Of a stretch of DNA of 64,000 nucleotides, positions 11,815 through 25,621 are shown piece after piece. Both the position numbers and the translations under genes were made by a program. Each line of letters opens with the position of its first letter. The first letter of the stretch is position 1. Below the pieces are notes generated by a model. The model saw nothing but the letters and a program-made list of their open reading frames with translations. It did no database searches and was not told the origin of the DNA. Source of the stretch: Octopus sinensis (Eukaryota); NCBI RefSeq assembly GCF_006345805.1, contig NC_042997.1, positions 133,424,001 to 133,488,000 on the forward strand. Reading direction: 5' to 3'.

Positions 11815-12721
11815 ATTGGCAAAACCGGCTGTAATGGATCCATGATATTGCATACTTTGATTAATATATATATATATGTACTGAGTATGTATGTATATAT
11901 CAGAGGCGACTCCAGGTCATCAGCGTCACTCTGGCTCGTCACAGATTTCGTCACTCGGGCTCATCAAAAGATTTCGTATAAGACACTTATCTGCTCAGAG
12001 AATTTCACGTTTTTTCGCAATATTCCTAGCCCCAGATTGCGTTTTTTTTTTATATCTAGCACTATGTATTTCTCCATTTTTAAGTTAAGGGTAAATATAA
12101 AGCAACTCTGCACAACACAACTGATCTTTACACACAGATGCACAGAATAACAACAATCAAATAACGACAGCGAAGTGCACAACAAACATCGTCGATCTGA
12201 CTGCCGCCAGTACTCTTGACAAGGGATGCCAGTAAGTCTTTTACACCTACCAGGCCCGTTCGTATTAGCCCGAGTTGCTGGATAATTTATCGTTCCTTTA
12301 AGAATATTGTGAAAGGAAACTTTTCATAGATTGGAATTTAAATCCTAATCTCTATAGAAATTTATTGATTCAAGAAACATTGAATTTGAATTGTTTTTAA
12401 TTTTTACGATTAACTTCTGAGCTAGAGTCAGGTGCGTGTAAACATTGTGGTAATAGATGCTAAAGGAGGGTCAACCAGATATTAAAACTACTGTATATTG
12501 TGAAATATACCATAATCTACCATGTGCTCGAGTTTATTTAACATTGAGATAGCAGAAGCCCAAAACATTGGGGTGGCCTAATACTTTTGGTCAAGGCTAT
12601 ATATATCGTTGCATGCATGTATGTATGTATGTATGTATGTATGTATATGTATGTATGTATGTATGTATGTAGTATGTATGTATGTATGTATGTATGTATG
12701 TATGTATGTATGTATATATAT

Positions 12722-12774
<53 letters not shown>

Positions 12775-15197
12775 TCATGACATCATAGCAATACTCCCTT
12801 AAGTCCTTGAACATCAGCACTTTTCACTGGAGACAACTAGCTCTGAGTAGAAGCGTAATAGCAGCCTATGACTGGGAAGAAAAGTCTCCAGTTTAACAAT
12901 AAAACATCGGATTTCCTATCGAATTGTAAAATGTAATGTTCGAAAAGCAAAGGCTTTAAATTCTCTGGGTTCAAAGACAATCTTGTCAGCAGTATTGGTG
13001 GTTACATACACTTTCAAAAGTTAAACTTGTCTTTTATGAAAGGTTAGTTATCGGGAAGCTTATTGGTATGTTTTCTTTTTTTAAGGAGTCTAAAGGAAGA
13101 GACTGTGCCTACTCGGAATGAGACAATTGGGCCCAGCTGCTTCGGCGCTGGTGATTTGGCACGGCTGGCTGGGCGTTGTATCTGTTTTGATAACAGTAGG
13201 TTATAGCACCGGAAACAAACACGCACACACACAGATAAGCAAACACATACACACACATACAGATAGACAGATTGAGAGTGGGCAAACAGAAGGAGAGAGT
13301 GTGGATAGAGGGGAGAGAGGGGGAGAGGAGTCGAGAACGACCTAGGGAGAGAGAAAGGCCTAGGGAGAAAGAAAGGCTTAGGGAGAGAGGAAGGGAAAGA
13401 GAGATATTACAATCTACTGATTGAACACGACCGATAAACACTTTCTGTCTACTCGAACACATAAATGGTAATATATTCACACGCACAAAGAGAGTGGGCG
13501 ATGGAGGGAGGGAGAAGGCATGAGAAGTATATAAATGTCTGATGTCAAATAAGTCAGCGTCGAATGAGCAGCATTAAATAAGCATCACCAAAACAGCTGT
13601 GCCAAGAAATCTCATACCCTTGAAGGAGACGATTCCGACAAGAATGTTCACAGTGTGTCTTTGTTATAAGGCAATAGTATTTAACTATTTGTTTACAACT
13701 CAATGTATTGGATGGAACTTTTAGGGTGATTTTCGATAAACAGCAGCGAGTTAAGTAAGTTTGAGGTAAACGAAAGACAAAAAAAAAAAAAGAAAACAGA
13801 AAAATGCCAAGATGAAGAAAAGTGAAAAAATATCTGCAACTGAATAGGAAAGTGACAAAAGAATTTTCTGTTTATATTTTTAATAAATTAGAAAAAGACA
13901 TGTTCAATGAGATGAGAAAATAATGGGGGAAAATAAAGAAAAACTGAAACGTGGAGAAATAAACATAATAATAACGATATAAATATAAATAGAATAATAA
14001 AAGAAATTAAGGAAGAGAAAACTCGCATAGAAAATATAAAAAACAGTTAGTTAGAAATAGTCAACGCTAGCAGATTTCGAAAATCGCAAAACATGCGAAA
14101 CCGCATTTATTTTTTTTTTTTCAGCAGCATTAACTTAAAATATAATAAAAGTAAAGAAAAGAAACTATTATCAAACACAAACATTATAGCAACTCTTTTA
14201 TTTATTTTTTTTTATTAAAAACATAAAAGGGAAATAAAGATTTTCAACATTCAGGGAAGCGACCTAGTTTTTTTGAAATTTCTAAAGAACATAATAAAGT
14301 CAACGCATTAGTTATCCTTCATTTTCGTTTTATTATCCTGTGTTGTTTGTTTATTTTTGTCTCTGCTGTTTTTTATTTATTTATTTATTTATTGTATAGG
14401 ACACATTATAGAAAATAATTTAACAGTTATCGTGTTCAGGAATATCTTTTATCGAATTAAGAAAAAAAAGCATATTATAAATTCATGAAAACAAAAACGA
14501 AAAAAAAAAATTAAATAAAAAATGAAGATGCGCTAATGGGAACATTTTGTTATTTTTTTTATCTAGTTATTTAGCTATTTACTTATTTATTTATTCATTT
14601 ATTTTTGAATTGTGCTATATTTCACTCATTAAAAAAATATAATTCCTTTAATATTTCTTTTTGTGTATCCAATTGGATTTAACGGCCTTAATACTGAAAT
14701 CGAAACATATATTTATCGATTTTCCTTCTTTTGTTCTTTAAGATATTTTATTTTGCATAAATGTTTATATATTTTTCTGCCATGCTTTTTAATTTTATTC
14801 TTTAATACAGAAAAAGAAGGAGAGAGAGAGAGAGGGAGGGGGACAATCTGATCGCTTTCTTTTCCTTTATGGTCTTCAGAAGATATATTAATAATATAAA
14901 AGCCGTTTTTAACGCAGACACCAGTCTGGAAATCCTTTATTAATTTGTTTATTTATCCATCTAGCTATTTATTATTTTTAAAATTCTTGTCGAGGATAGA
15001 GTAATCTTTTTCGATCCACTACGTGAAGAATCCTTTCTACTATAGGCACAAGAGCTGAAATTTTGGCAAGGGTTCTATTCGGTTACATCGACCGCAGTGC
15101 TTGAGTGGAGCTTATTTCAACGACTCCGAAAGTCGACCTCGGCGGAATATGAACTTAGAACGCCTCATCCGGAAGAAATGTCTCTAATGTCTCTATA

Positions 15198-15362
15198 GGC
15201 GTAAGAATGACTGTGTGGTAAGAAGTTTGTTTACGAACCACATGGTGCCGGGTTCACTCCCACTGCGTGGCACATTGGGCACGTGTCTTCTACTAGAGCC
15301 TCGGGCCGACCAAAGCTTTCTGAATGGATTTGGTCGACGGTAACTGAAAAGAAAGCCCGTCG
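15198..15362 (+). mobile_element. SINE family A, 5' half
   Basis: Matches the head and CORE-like part of the 10406 copy. Confidence 0.75.
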
Positions 15363-15705
15363 TATCTATCTATCTATCGATCTATATATATATATTTATA
15401 TATATATATGTAGCACATCAATACCGTTGTACGAGACTAGTGTCAGCCGAGTTTGGCATATTGATCGGTGGTGCGGTAGTGACTTTTCTGTCATGGGGAA
15501 AGTACTGTAACTTTGTCCGGCGAAGAAAACACTCGGCAGAGACCCGGCCTGCAACTAGTGTCTAGTAAGTGTATATCGGCCGAAGCATTTGGAACCTTTC
15601 ACAAGCGGTGTACTTCTGTCAGTTACTGCCCAAACAATAAGCACTCCCACATGCGTAATTTATTTTATGAAATATACATATAATTTTAAAATTTGTGAAT
15701 CAGTC

Positions 15706-15778
15706 GGCCGCGTGGCCTAATGGATAAGGCGTCTGACCTCGAATCAGAAGATTGCGAGTTCGAGTCTCGTCGTGGTCG
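15706..15778 (+). tRNA. tRNA-Arg-TCG: tRNA-Arg(TCG), U33C variant
   Basis: 73-nt cloverleaf GGCCGCGTGGCCTAATGGATAAGGC...TTCGAGT...CGTGGTCG. Anticodon loop CCTCGAA; oligo-T terminator follows. Confidence 0.85.
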
Positions 15779-15993
15779 AATTTTTTTTTCTTTTTTAAAC
15801 CTCCTGCTAAAGTGGTACTCCGGTACTTTTGTTCATCCTGTTAGGGACCTATTTTGTTGTGGCCATTCATAGACACCATCTCGGTCCGCTCACCCTTGAC
15901 CTTGCGGAACATGAAGGATGTGACCGTTGGAGTGAGAACGGCCCTATCAGTACTTGGCTTGTGGGCTACAGACTAAAGTGTCAATATCGTGTC

Positions 15994-16066
15994 GGCCGCG
16001 TAGCCTAATAGATAAGGCGTCTGACTTCGAATCAGGAGATTGCGAGTTCGAGTCTCGTCATGATCG
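15994..16066 (+). pseudogene. tRNA-Arg(TCG) pseudogene
   Basis: Full length but carries G9A, G18A (A box), A43G, G67A and G70A relative to the cluster consensus. Confidence 0.8.
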
Positions 16067-16807
16067 AGTCATTTTTTACTTTCTTTTTAACTACCCGCTG
16101 AAGTGGTACCGAGAAAGGTTACTCTCGACCAACTATAGTTTCATAATATGTACAGTACTTTTGCTCATCATGTTAGGGGCATATTTAGTTGTGGCCATGC
16201 ATAGATACCATCTTGTTCCATCCGCCTTTGATCCTGCGAAACATTAAGGATGTGACAGTTGGAGTAAGGAACGGCTGTATTAGTACTTGGCTTATAGGCT
16301 ACAGCTGAATAATTTGGAGCAACAGGAAATGAACTGCTTTAATGAAAGTCACAACGCACCTCCCAATTCAGTAATTTAACCCACAATCTTGGTCACGAAC
16401 CTTGTCACAAAGGTGGTATTTCATGTTAATGAGAGACCTTCTGTGGTGTCGTTCATCCTTGCAGTAGACATTTCTAAGCAACCAAATCGACGTATCATCT
16501 TAGTCTATCTTTTAAAATAAAATAATTTAAATAGGTTGAGTAATATAACCAAAGATAAACTGTCGAAACAAAAGTCCCGCTGGACATAGCGAAAGATTTT
16601 GGTCACAATTCTTCACAATCGAAGTTAGTATACGGTTAATCGGTAAAAACATTGACAACAAATTCCTCTTCGGAATAGTTGGTCCCAAGCTCAGAAAATC
16701 TTCTTACGATTCGCAGAACAGAAATAGAAAGTAATGATAGACGTGCAATATATAACAGTAATCTAAGTACCAAATTAATCAGAGATTCTGCAATAAAAGA
16801 AATTGTC

Positions 16808-16866
16808 TGACCAGACACGAACTCGCCATCTTCTGATGCGAAGTCAGACGACTTATCCACGTGGCC
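16808..16866 (-). pseudogene. Degenerate tRNA-Arg pseudogene
   Basis: Deletions in the D arm and T/acceptor region. Flanks are homologous to the 42165 and 43878 copies. Confidence 0.75.
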
Positions 16867-17234
16867 AGCCTAACTGCCTGTTTTAAAATATGTGTGTGCG
16901 TGTTTGTGCAAATGCCGAGCAGGTTTTCCTTTAGACATTTTTAAAATTAAAAATGTGAGTGCATTCAAGTTTAATAATTTAATAATTTTTGTTTTCATAT
17001 ATTCGTTTAAAACCGTTGCAATTTATTTGCTGCATTTTTATCAACGTTTTTAGGTTATCTCAAGACACCTAATCAGAATATAAATGGGCGTTGGCATCTG
17101 TACTACGTCTTTCATAGTAAGCGGGGTTTTTTTTTTAATGCAGACTTTGCAATTAGGATTTTTGACCGTTTGCGCTGAAGTTACGAGGCACGTAATTAAA
17201 CCATAAGATTCACATGTCATAAATCAATATATAT

Positions 17235-17463
17235 TTATTTCGTTATTGTCCACAAGGGGCTAAACAAAGAGGACAAGCAAGGATAGACAAACGGATTAAG
17301 TCGATTATATCGACCCCAGTGCGTAACTGGTACTTATTTAATCGACCCCAAAAGGATGAAAGGCAAACTCGACCTCGGCTGAATTTGAACTCAGAACGTA
17401 GCGGCAGACGAAATACCGCTAGCATTTCGCCCAGCGTGCTAACAATTCTGCCAGCTTGCCACC
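17235..17463 (-). mobile_element. SINE family B
   Basis: Reverse complement of the 11582 family. Confidence 0.85.
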
Positions 17464-17491
17464 GTATAAGTCAATATACATTACGTAAGTA

Positions 17492-17705
17492 GGCGGCGAG
17501 CTGGCAGAATCGTTAGCACGCCGGGTAAAATGCTTTGCGGCAATTCGTCCATCTTTACGGTAAGAGGTCAAATTCCGTCGAGGTCGACTTTGCTTTTCAT
17601 CCTGTTGGTTTCGATAAAATAAGTACTATTTGGGATCTGTCATCCATGTAATAAATAGACTTACTCCAAATCCCGAAATTGCTGGATTTGTGCCAAAATT
17701 TCAAA
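17492..17705 (+). mobile_element. SINE family B (diverged)
   Basis: GGCGGCGAGCTGGCAGAATCGTTAGCACG head. Lies head-to-head with the previous copy. Confidence 0.8.
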
Positions 17706-18909
17706 CCGATTTCTATTACGTCAATATACATCAAAAACACAAATAAATGCATATATCTACTTGGAGATAGCGAATGTACTCAGAAGTAAAACCACTATTT
17801 AGGAGAGCAATTTGATTCTCTTTCCGAAGAGGAATTTGTTGTCATTGTTTTTACCGATTAACCGTATACTAACTTCGATTGTGAAGAATTAGATAAAGGA
17901 ACATACAGAATAGAACTAAACACTAATTAACAACGAATATTCTTATAAGCTAGTCATCAAGTTGCTGATGAATATAGACAAAAATGCTATGCACCAATCA
18001 TACTAGGTGTTACTACAACTAAAATAGACAAATTACTTAAGTGTATGATGTGAACTAAATGCATAGAACAGACGAACGTATCAAACATCTCATAAAATGA
18101 AACACTAAGCGTATAATACTGAGTTATAAACTGACATTAGTACATTACTAAAACACTAAAATCTAAAGTGTCATTATTAACAATATACAACACGCGTGTA
18201 AACCCGAGAACAAGCAACAAGTGAACAATATCATTTATTATGTTATATTGGCCATAAGAGTATAACACATATACTCTCTCTCTCTCTCTCTCTCTCGTAA
18301 GACGCATCTTGAACTACAACACGGTGCTAAAGCAAAGAGCTAAAACAAGTGTGTATGCAAAATATACACGTCACAAACAGCAAAAGCACGTGCCTACAGA
18401 TACGTAATTTTAATTGTAAAAAAAAAATATGGTTGGTAATGTGGAGATTTAACGGTCTAAATCTGTTGGGAAAAGTCTACGTAAAAAAGAAATTAATATC
18501 GCTTGCTATGAAAAAGGCATTATAGAAATCAACACCACTCTTTATCCTAATGATAAGTTTAAGAATGTCGATAAAAAATGAATTTAGAAATATATTGTTC
18601 CAAACAAACTGCACAAGTCTTATTAAATGGAAAAAAAATCTTTGCTAAGCAATTAAACTGGAACATAGCTGAGTTACTAATAAAAGAAAAAAAAAAAACG
18701 TTTAAGATACACAAACATTCAAAAAGTACATCTTTTATTAACCACTATACACAAAGTGTAATCTCACAGCTGGATACAGCATGCTTCAGATAGTGTGTTC
18801 ACACTAGTTTACAGAGATATATACATACATGCTCGCATACATACAAACATACATACTGAACACTCGTATAAACATATATGTATGTATATGTCAATACGCA
18901 TGCATGTAC

Positions 18910-18961
<52 letters not shown>

Positions 18962-19004
18962 TATATATAGATATATATATATATATATTATTGTATATAT
19001 ATAT

Positions 19005-19039
<35 letters not shown>

Positions 19040-19042
<3 letters not shown>

Positions 19043-19302
19043 TAAATAATATATAAATATAAGCATATAAACATACATATATGTGCATACCTACATATAT
19101 ATGTATATATACATGCATATATGGGTACAGGACATAAAAAAAACGTTGAACACAATGAGAAACGAAAATATAAAAACAAAAACATAGAAACGAACTTTTA
19201 TTTCGAATAACGAAAAAAAAAACAGAGAAGCAGATATACAACATAAAGAATATTCCCCTTCTTCAGTTGTCCCTGTTTCATCAACTCCGCGTTTCGAAGG
19301 CG
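19040..19302 (-). mobile_element. Fragment of a (TA)n-embedded repeat family related to 54818-56295
   Basis: Shares GTACAGGACA..AAAA..CG and TCCCCTTCTTCAGT...GTTTCGAAGG with the 55-kb copies. Confidence 0.65.
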
Positions 19303-19303
19303 T

Positions 19304-19356
<53 letters not shown>

Positions 19357-19541
19357 CAAAACAGTTTAATTCAGGTTCCGTGCTACATAAAGTTCCAAAG
19401 CCCCTAACAGGGAGCATTTCCTCGGGCCTGAGGAAAGTTTATTACGTATGTAATGTATAAATTACATGTTATATAATGCAATATTATACACCATCACACT
19501 TGTGTTTAAAAAAAAAAGAAACGAAACAAAAATTAACGATT

Positions 19542-19614
19542 CGACCACGACGAGACTCGAACTCGCAATCTTCTGATTCGAAGTCAGACGCCTTATCCAT
19601 TAGGCCACGCGGCC
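19542..19614 (-). tRNA. tRNA-Arg-TCG: tRNA-Arg(TCG)
   Basis: Consensus 73-nt sequence, anticodon loop CTTCGAA, oligo-T downstream. Confidence 0.95.
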
Positions 19615-20289
19615 GACTGATTCTCAAACTTTAAAATAATATGTATATTTCATAAAATAAATCACGCATGTGGGAGTGCTTTTTGTTTGGGCAGTAACTG
19701 AGAGAAATACACCGCTTGTGAAAGGTTCCAAATGTTTCGGCCGCTATACACTTACTAGACACTAGTCGCAGACTCGGGTCTCTGCCGAGTGTTTTCTTCG
19801 CCGGACAAAGTTACATTGCTTTCCCCATGACAGAAAAGGTCACCGATCAATATGCCAAACTCGGCTGACACCAGTCTCGTACAGTGATGTTGATAGCCGT
19901 TCAAGAATTTGAACCTGAAGATCTCCATTTCCAGCGACTTCGAGGGCCACCTCTCAGCGGTTTTTGGGCATCAACGAGGAGCCCTCGACTACAACAAGAC
20001 GACCAAAGTTATTTTTTTCCAAGGTCTGGAGTCTCCCGCCCCTAAGACCTAGACCATCACCTAACACCCTTACCCGTCTTGTTGCTTAACAACAACAACA
20101 GCAGTGTTGATGTGTTGCGGTGTGCTGTGATCCACAGACATAAGATGATCCAATAAAGCAACTACTCCCTTTTCAAGCTTAGATTACATGTAGTGGGTGG
20201 CGCGACTAAACGTTCATCCCTAGCACCGTACACCAACTAATTTCATTCTTTCTTCTTACCGCCAAATCAATTAACATCAGGATTTACAC

Positions 20290-21010
20290 ACAACAAAACT
20301 ATCGCTATTTACCTCATGTCTAAACTTCATCAAGCCAACAACCACGACACTTCCATCGTCCTCGCTTGTTATTACCTCACAGAACTTTTATCTGTTTAAT
20401 TTCACATTCGCTAGGGACGTAGCTAGAGTGTCTGGCACGTGAGGCAGCCATTGACTCCCATTTCCTTGTCGAGTAGAGGCTTATACAGGAGACCTAGAAC
20501 GGTTGACTTTATAAAAGCGTCTGTCGGTGTCGCCCACCCCTCTGACTCCACTACAACGGCATTACATACTATTTGGCCATTGTCCACTTTCCTATGTCTC
20601 TGACACCAACGACGTCTTTTGCTTATTGTCATTGCCCTCCATTTGCTTTCAAAACCTCCCGTAGTCCCACATAATCAACCATTTTAACGATGAATTCCAG
20701 GTTCTACAATCCTTTCTTCATTGAAGTAACATATTAGAAATCTTGACCCTTATATCTCTGCATCTCGCTGACCTGATCCCTAGCCTCCATTGCTTTTCTT
20801 TTTCCGATGAATTACACCATCCGATCACTTACTCATAAGCAACTCGCTTCTTTCAACTTCTACATTACCTTCCCCTCTTTCTATAACAGTTTAGAATTCA
20901 CTTCACCATCTCCAACGCCACCATCATATTCTGGACATCGTTTTCATTGGCAAATCCCAACTCCCCAGCATCGCTCTTTACAAACCCACCAACTTCCTTT
21001 CCTATCCAGA
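20290..21010 (+). pseudogene. Decayed Penelope-like reverse transcriptase fragments inside the duplicated segment
   Basis: IYLMSKLHQANNHDTSIVLACYYLTELLS resembles the PLE motif [28 protein letters not shown]. Later SLEFT and ALYKPTNFLSY. Copies at ~38680-39395 and ~42890-43060 on the minus strand. Confidence 0.6.
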
Positions 21011-22412
21011 TTTTTCTCCTCTACCCCACACCACCCTAACCAAATTCACCCTCAGCAACACCTGTCCTTTTACTGTTATCACACTGTCATTATTATCACA
21101 AATCTATTTAGCCTCAAGCCTAAAACCTAAACTTCTAATGATTTTGCTTCTATCATCGTAAACATAATATTCTGAATTAAATGCCGACATTAATTACAAT
21201 GCACTTCAACTTTTGGATTTCTGTGTTCTGAGTTCAAATCCCACCAGAGTCAACGCTGCCTTTCATCCCGCCGGAGTCGTTGAAATAATATACTAGTCAA
21301 ATACTGGAGTTGAATTATAAAACTATTATTTATTTAGTCTCTCCCTCTCAATTAAGACATTATTAGCCTTCGAAAATTCGATGCTGTTAGCTACACTCTC
21401 AGGATCTTTCCTCATTATGGGTTTGCTGGTTTCCCGGTTTTCATGACGGATAAATTCCCCACCTGGATGTGTCACCGGTTCGTCGCGGAATTACTCATTT
21501 TTGCCAGCTTAGTGGACTAGATCAACGTGAAATGAATACAACGTGTCACCCAGTCCGGTAATAGAAACTTCAATCTTGCGATAATGAGTCCAACACTCTT
21601 ACCACGTTCCTCCATTTTCCTCATTATCTATATCTCTCAGCTCGTTATTAAATGTACTACGCCTATGCCCTTTGCTGTCTACTTTTTCACTTTCGAGACA
21701 GTCACCATCTTAACGTTACATTTGGTAGCCTGTCCTTGCCTATTCTGACTGCATAGCCAAGCCATTTGAGCCGAAGGAATTTTATTTCAAAGACCACAGC
21801 ATTGCAAACAGTTTGGTGACATAGCTTGTCATTTGATCTTTTACTGGGTCAGAAGGTGCGCCGGGTTTTACACAGGTACTCAAGATGGAAAACACTGATC
21901 TGAACAACATCACTTTCTACAATTCACCAGCGTTCTGAGCCATATTTATTAGAGCATATAAGATGGAATCCAACCCTAGTCCTAAAATTGTTTTGTCTAG
22001 ATTTCAAGATCAACTGAAGTCTTTGTAAAGCCCATAACATACACGAGTAGTTCATCGTAATCAGTAATAAGTGCAGGCTTTTGAAATTTTTAGACATGAC
22101 TTGTATTTTTTGAGTTATCGATATTAGGAAGGGTTCAGCTTGCATAAGTGTTCAGCCTGCAATTTTCTCGCGTACGTTTATCTGTCGAAAAGAAGACGCT
22201 AAACCATCCACATAAGAAAGATACTTTTAAATCTCATGCTGATTTAAGTGCATACAAAAATCTCACTGGATACCCCTAGCCTTATCTTTTGTGGTCTTAT
22301 ACAGGATTTAGACTGCTTGAGCGAAGACCAGCATGATGTTTGTCAGAACACTCCTAAGTTTCCTCAAACCTTTGGCTAGTCTCATTTCCTTTCCTATGGT
22401 CACACACACACA

Positions 22413-22465
<53 letters not shown>

Positions 22466-22895
22466 TTAACTCGCTCAAACAGAGACACTTGCGTACTCAC
22501 ATGTATATATTGTTGTTGACCTATCCCCCTAGGCACCAACCTTGTTCCCTACTTCCATTCCTGTTGCGCAGGTCTGACATTTCCCCCATATGACACACCT
22601 CAACACTCCTCTTCTCAGCAACTTGTTATTTTCTTGACACGATTTCTACCATTACTCCAGAATACACATTGACAACAACATACAGAAGATTTTCTGATAT
22701 TGCTCCATGAATTAAAAAGACCAATGCTGCGGAAATATTTTCTTCGCTCATTTATTTAAACTAACATACTTCCTTTTTAATTATTTCCGATCCTGTGTTT
22801 TGCTTTATATCAATATATGAGTCATTCAACAAACGCTCTTTAGATATCAATATTTATTTTAACATATGGTCTATCTGTTGAGTGTATAGCAAGAC

Positions 22896-22968
22896 GGCCG
22901 CGTGGCCTAATGGATAAGGTGTCTGACTTCGAATCAGAAGATTGCGAGTTCGAGTCTCGTCGTGGTCG
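22896..22968 (+). tRNA. tRNA-Arg-TCG: tRNA-Arg(TCG), C25T variant
   Basis: Full cloverleaf with G10-U25 wobble. T5 terminator 8 nt downstream. Confidence 0.92.
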
Positions 22969-23210
22969 AATCGTCTATTTTTGTTTCGTCTTTTTCTACA
23001 CAAAAATGTGCTGATGCTTAATGTTGCATTATATAACATGTAATTTATATATTACATACGTAATAAACTAGTGTCTATATTTCTATTGTACCACAAATTT
23101 ACGGGATTGTATACCATTAAGTATTTCCCCAGTTTTGATCTCAGTCTTTCGCATAACTCAAGTAAATTGATCAGTAACATATGGTCTATCTGTTGCGTGG
23201 ATACCAGGAC

Positions 23211-23283
23211 GGCCGCGTGGCCTAATGGATAAGGTGTCTGACTTCGAATCAGAAGATTGCGAGTTCGAGTCTCGTCGTGGTCG
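23211..23283 (+). tRNA. tRNA-Arg-TCG: tRNA-Arg(TCG), C25T variant
   Basis: Second copy of a 315-bp tandem unit. Confidence 0.92.
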
Positions 23284-24304
23284 AATCGTCTATTTTTGTT
23301 TCGTTTTTTTTTACCCAAAAATGTGCTGATGCTTAATGTTGCATTATATAACATGTAATTTATATATTACATACGTAATAAACTAGTGTCTATATTTTTA
23401 TTGTACCACAAATTTACGGGATTGTATACCATTAACTATTTCCCCAGTTTTGATCTCAGTCTTCCGCATAACTCAAGTAAATTGATCAGTAAATCTATTG
23501 ATTAGCCCTAGTTCAACCAGAAGTTGCAAACCAATAATCACAGGGATTCTATCCGTGACCAACTGTTCCTTTTATTACAGCTATTTGTCTAATGTGCCCG
23601 TAGCTGCTAGATTTACGTAAAAAGAAAATAATTAAACCTTTGGAACAGAATAACGAGACTCTTCTCCATTCTGCTATGTGGTTTGTCCGTTCTCCGTTCG
23701 TGGTTTGTGATATAATCTTTATGTTTAGGATTATTGACAGCTTATCCTAAACAATATTAGTAACAATATCGTGAATGGACAGCTGCTAGAATTGTATTTG
23801 TTGGTCGAACAACAGCTGGGAAAAGTAGATGATATTCATACTTTGCAATTACTATTACCTGAATACAGGTACCAACATTGTGAATGGATCGAATATTTGT
23901 CATTATGACATAGAATTTGACACATACAGACACACACGTGTATCCGAATACGTCTGACGTAAACAAAGCGACCGAAAAGGGAATGAAATAAAGGCATCGT
24001 GGAGTCGATACATACCCTGCATGCAAATAAATCTTTCCGCAAAATATAGTCTGGCTTACACTGCGTTGCTTACCCATGCTTTGTAATTGAACTGAATTAA
24101 ACTTTGTAAGTGTTTGACTAAACTTGCTTATCGGGAAGTTTGTAAGCATGATTAATTCTTTTTTTTTTTAAGTATGATCATTATAGGTATTTATACTCCG
24201 ATGGAATTAAGAAATCAACTCGTAAATAAACGAAACCCTCGAATCCATCACTTTACACACACACACACACACACACAGTCGCATATCTGTGTATGTATTT
24301 ACTC

Positions 24305-24703
24305 TATTACTCTTTTACTTGTTTCAGTCATTTGACTGTGGCCATGATGGAGCACAGCCTTTAGTCGAGCAAATCGACCCCAGGACTTATTCTTTGTAAG
24401 CCTAATACTTATTCTATTGGTTTCTTTTGCCGAACCGCTAAGTTACGGGGACGTAAACACACCGGCATCGGTTGTCAAGCGATATTGGGGTTACAAACAC
24501 AGACACAGAAACACATACACATACATACATATATATTATATATACGGCAGGATTCTTTCAGTTTCCATCTACCAAATCCACTCACAAGGCTTTGGTCGTC
24601 CCGAGGCGATAGTAGAAAACACTTGCCCAAAGTACCACGCAGGGGGACTGAACCCGGAACCATATGGCTGGTAAGCAAGCTACTTACCACACAGACACTC
24701 CTA
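24305..24703 (-). mobile_element. SINE family A
   Basis: Reverse complement of the 10406 family. Confidence 0.85.
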
Positions 24704-24873
24704 CATATGTATAGATATCTATTTATGTATAAGAAAATGGGATGAACAGGCAATAAGCAATTATTGTTATGAACTTCATTAAGTAATGAAGTTCATAACA
24801 ATTGTTTATTCATTTGTCATCCCAATTTCTTATTACTGCTCTGTACTCGATTGACAGTGGAGGCACACGGCCT

Positions 24874-25545
24874 AAACATGTGTACTTAGCACTCTACTGT
24901 ATGGAAGTGAGAATTGGACGCCATACACACACCAAGAGCGTCGCCTAAATATCTTTCACCGGCGCTGCCTCCGGAAAATCCTTCGCATCAAATGGCAGAA
25001 TCATGTCCCCAACAAAGATGTCCTCAAGCAAGCAGGAATACCAAGCATGTTTGCACTCCTCACACAAAGACGTACCAGATGGCTTGGACATGTTAGCCGT
25101 ATGGAAGATGGCAGAATCCCCAAGGACATACTCAACGGAGAGCTTGCTAGGGGCACCAGGTCTGTGGGGAGACCGTTCTTACGATACAAGGATGTTTGCA
25201 AAAGGGACATGAATGCCTGCAACATCAATATTATCAACTGGGAAGCAGTTGCCAGCAACCGTGGAGATTGGCGACGTACTGTAAAACAAGGAACACAAAG
25301 AGTGACATAGAGAGAGAGGAGAAATGGAAAGACAAGAAAAGATGTCAACAAGAAAGTATGACATTACAACCAGCCAGGCAAAGTCTTCGCTACATTTGCG
25401 GCACCTGCCAGAGGGAGTGTTTGTCCAGGATAGGACTACACAGCCACAGCAGGAGATGTATTAGGACATGAAATATAAAAGCCGGACTAGATTATTTTAT
25501 GCACAACTCCATTGTCGCCCGAGACAAAAAAAAATGCCAACAACA
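24874..25545 (+). mobile_element. RTE-clade LINE, 3' fragment
   Basis: CVLSTLLYGSENW...FHRRCLRKIL...RRTRWLGHVSRMEDGRIPKDILNGEL...GRPFLRYKD, a terminal zinc finger (CGTCQRECLSRIGLHSH) and a short (CAA)n tail. Confidence 0.92.
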
Positions 25546-25621
25546 ATAAATATAGATTTCGTAGACAGGAACTGAAACAAATCAATCGCATATATATATA
25601 TATTATATATATATATATATC

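Noticed and set aside
11905-11980. TGATGAG...GACGAAA motifs on the minus strand
   Set aside because: A short ~25-nt tandem repeat with no convincing stem I, stem III or NUH site.
13085-13215. CpG-rich unique stretch as a possible promoter or first exon
   Set aside because: No supportable splice or ORF structure from sequence alone.
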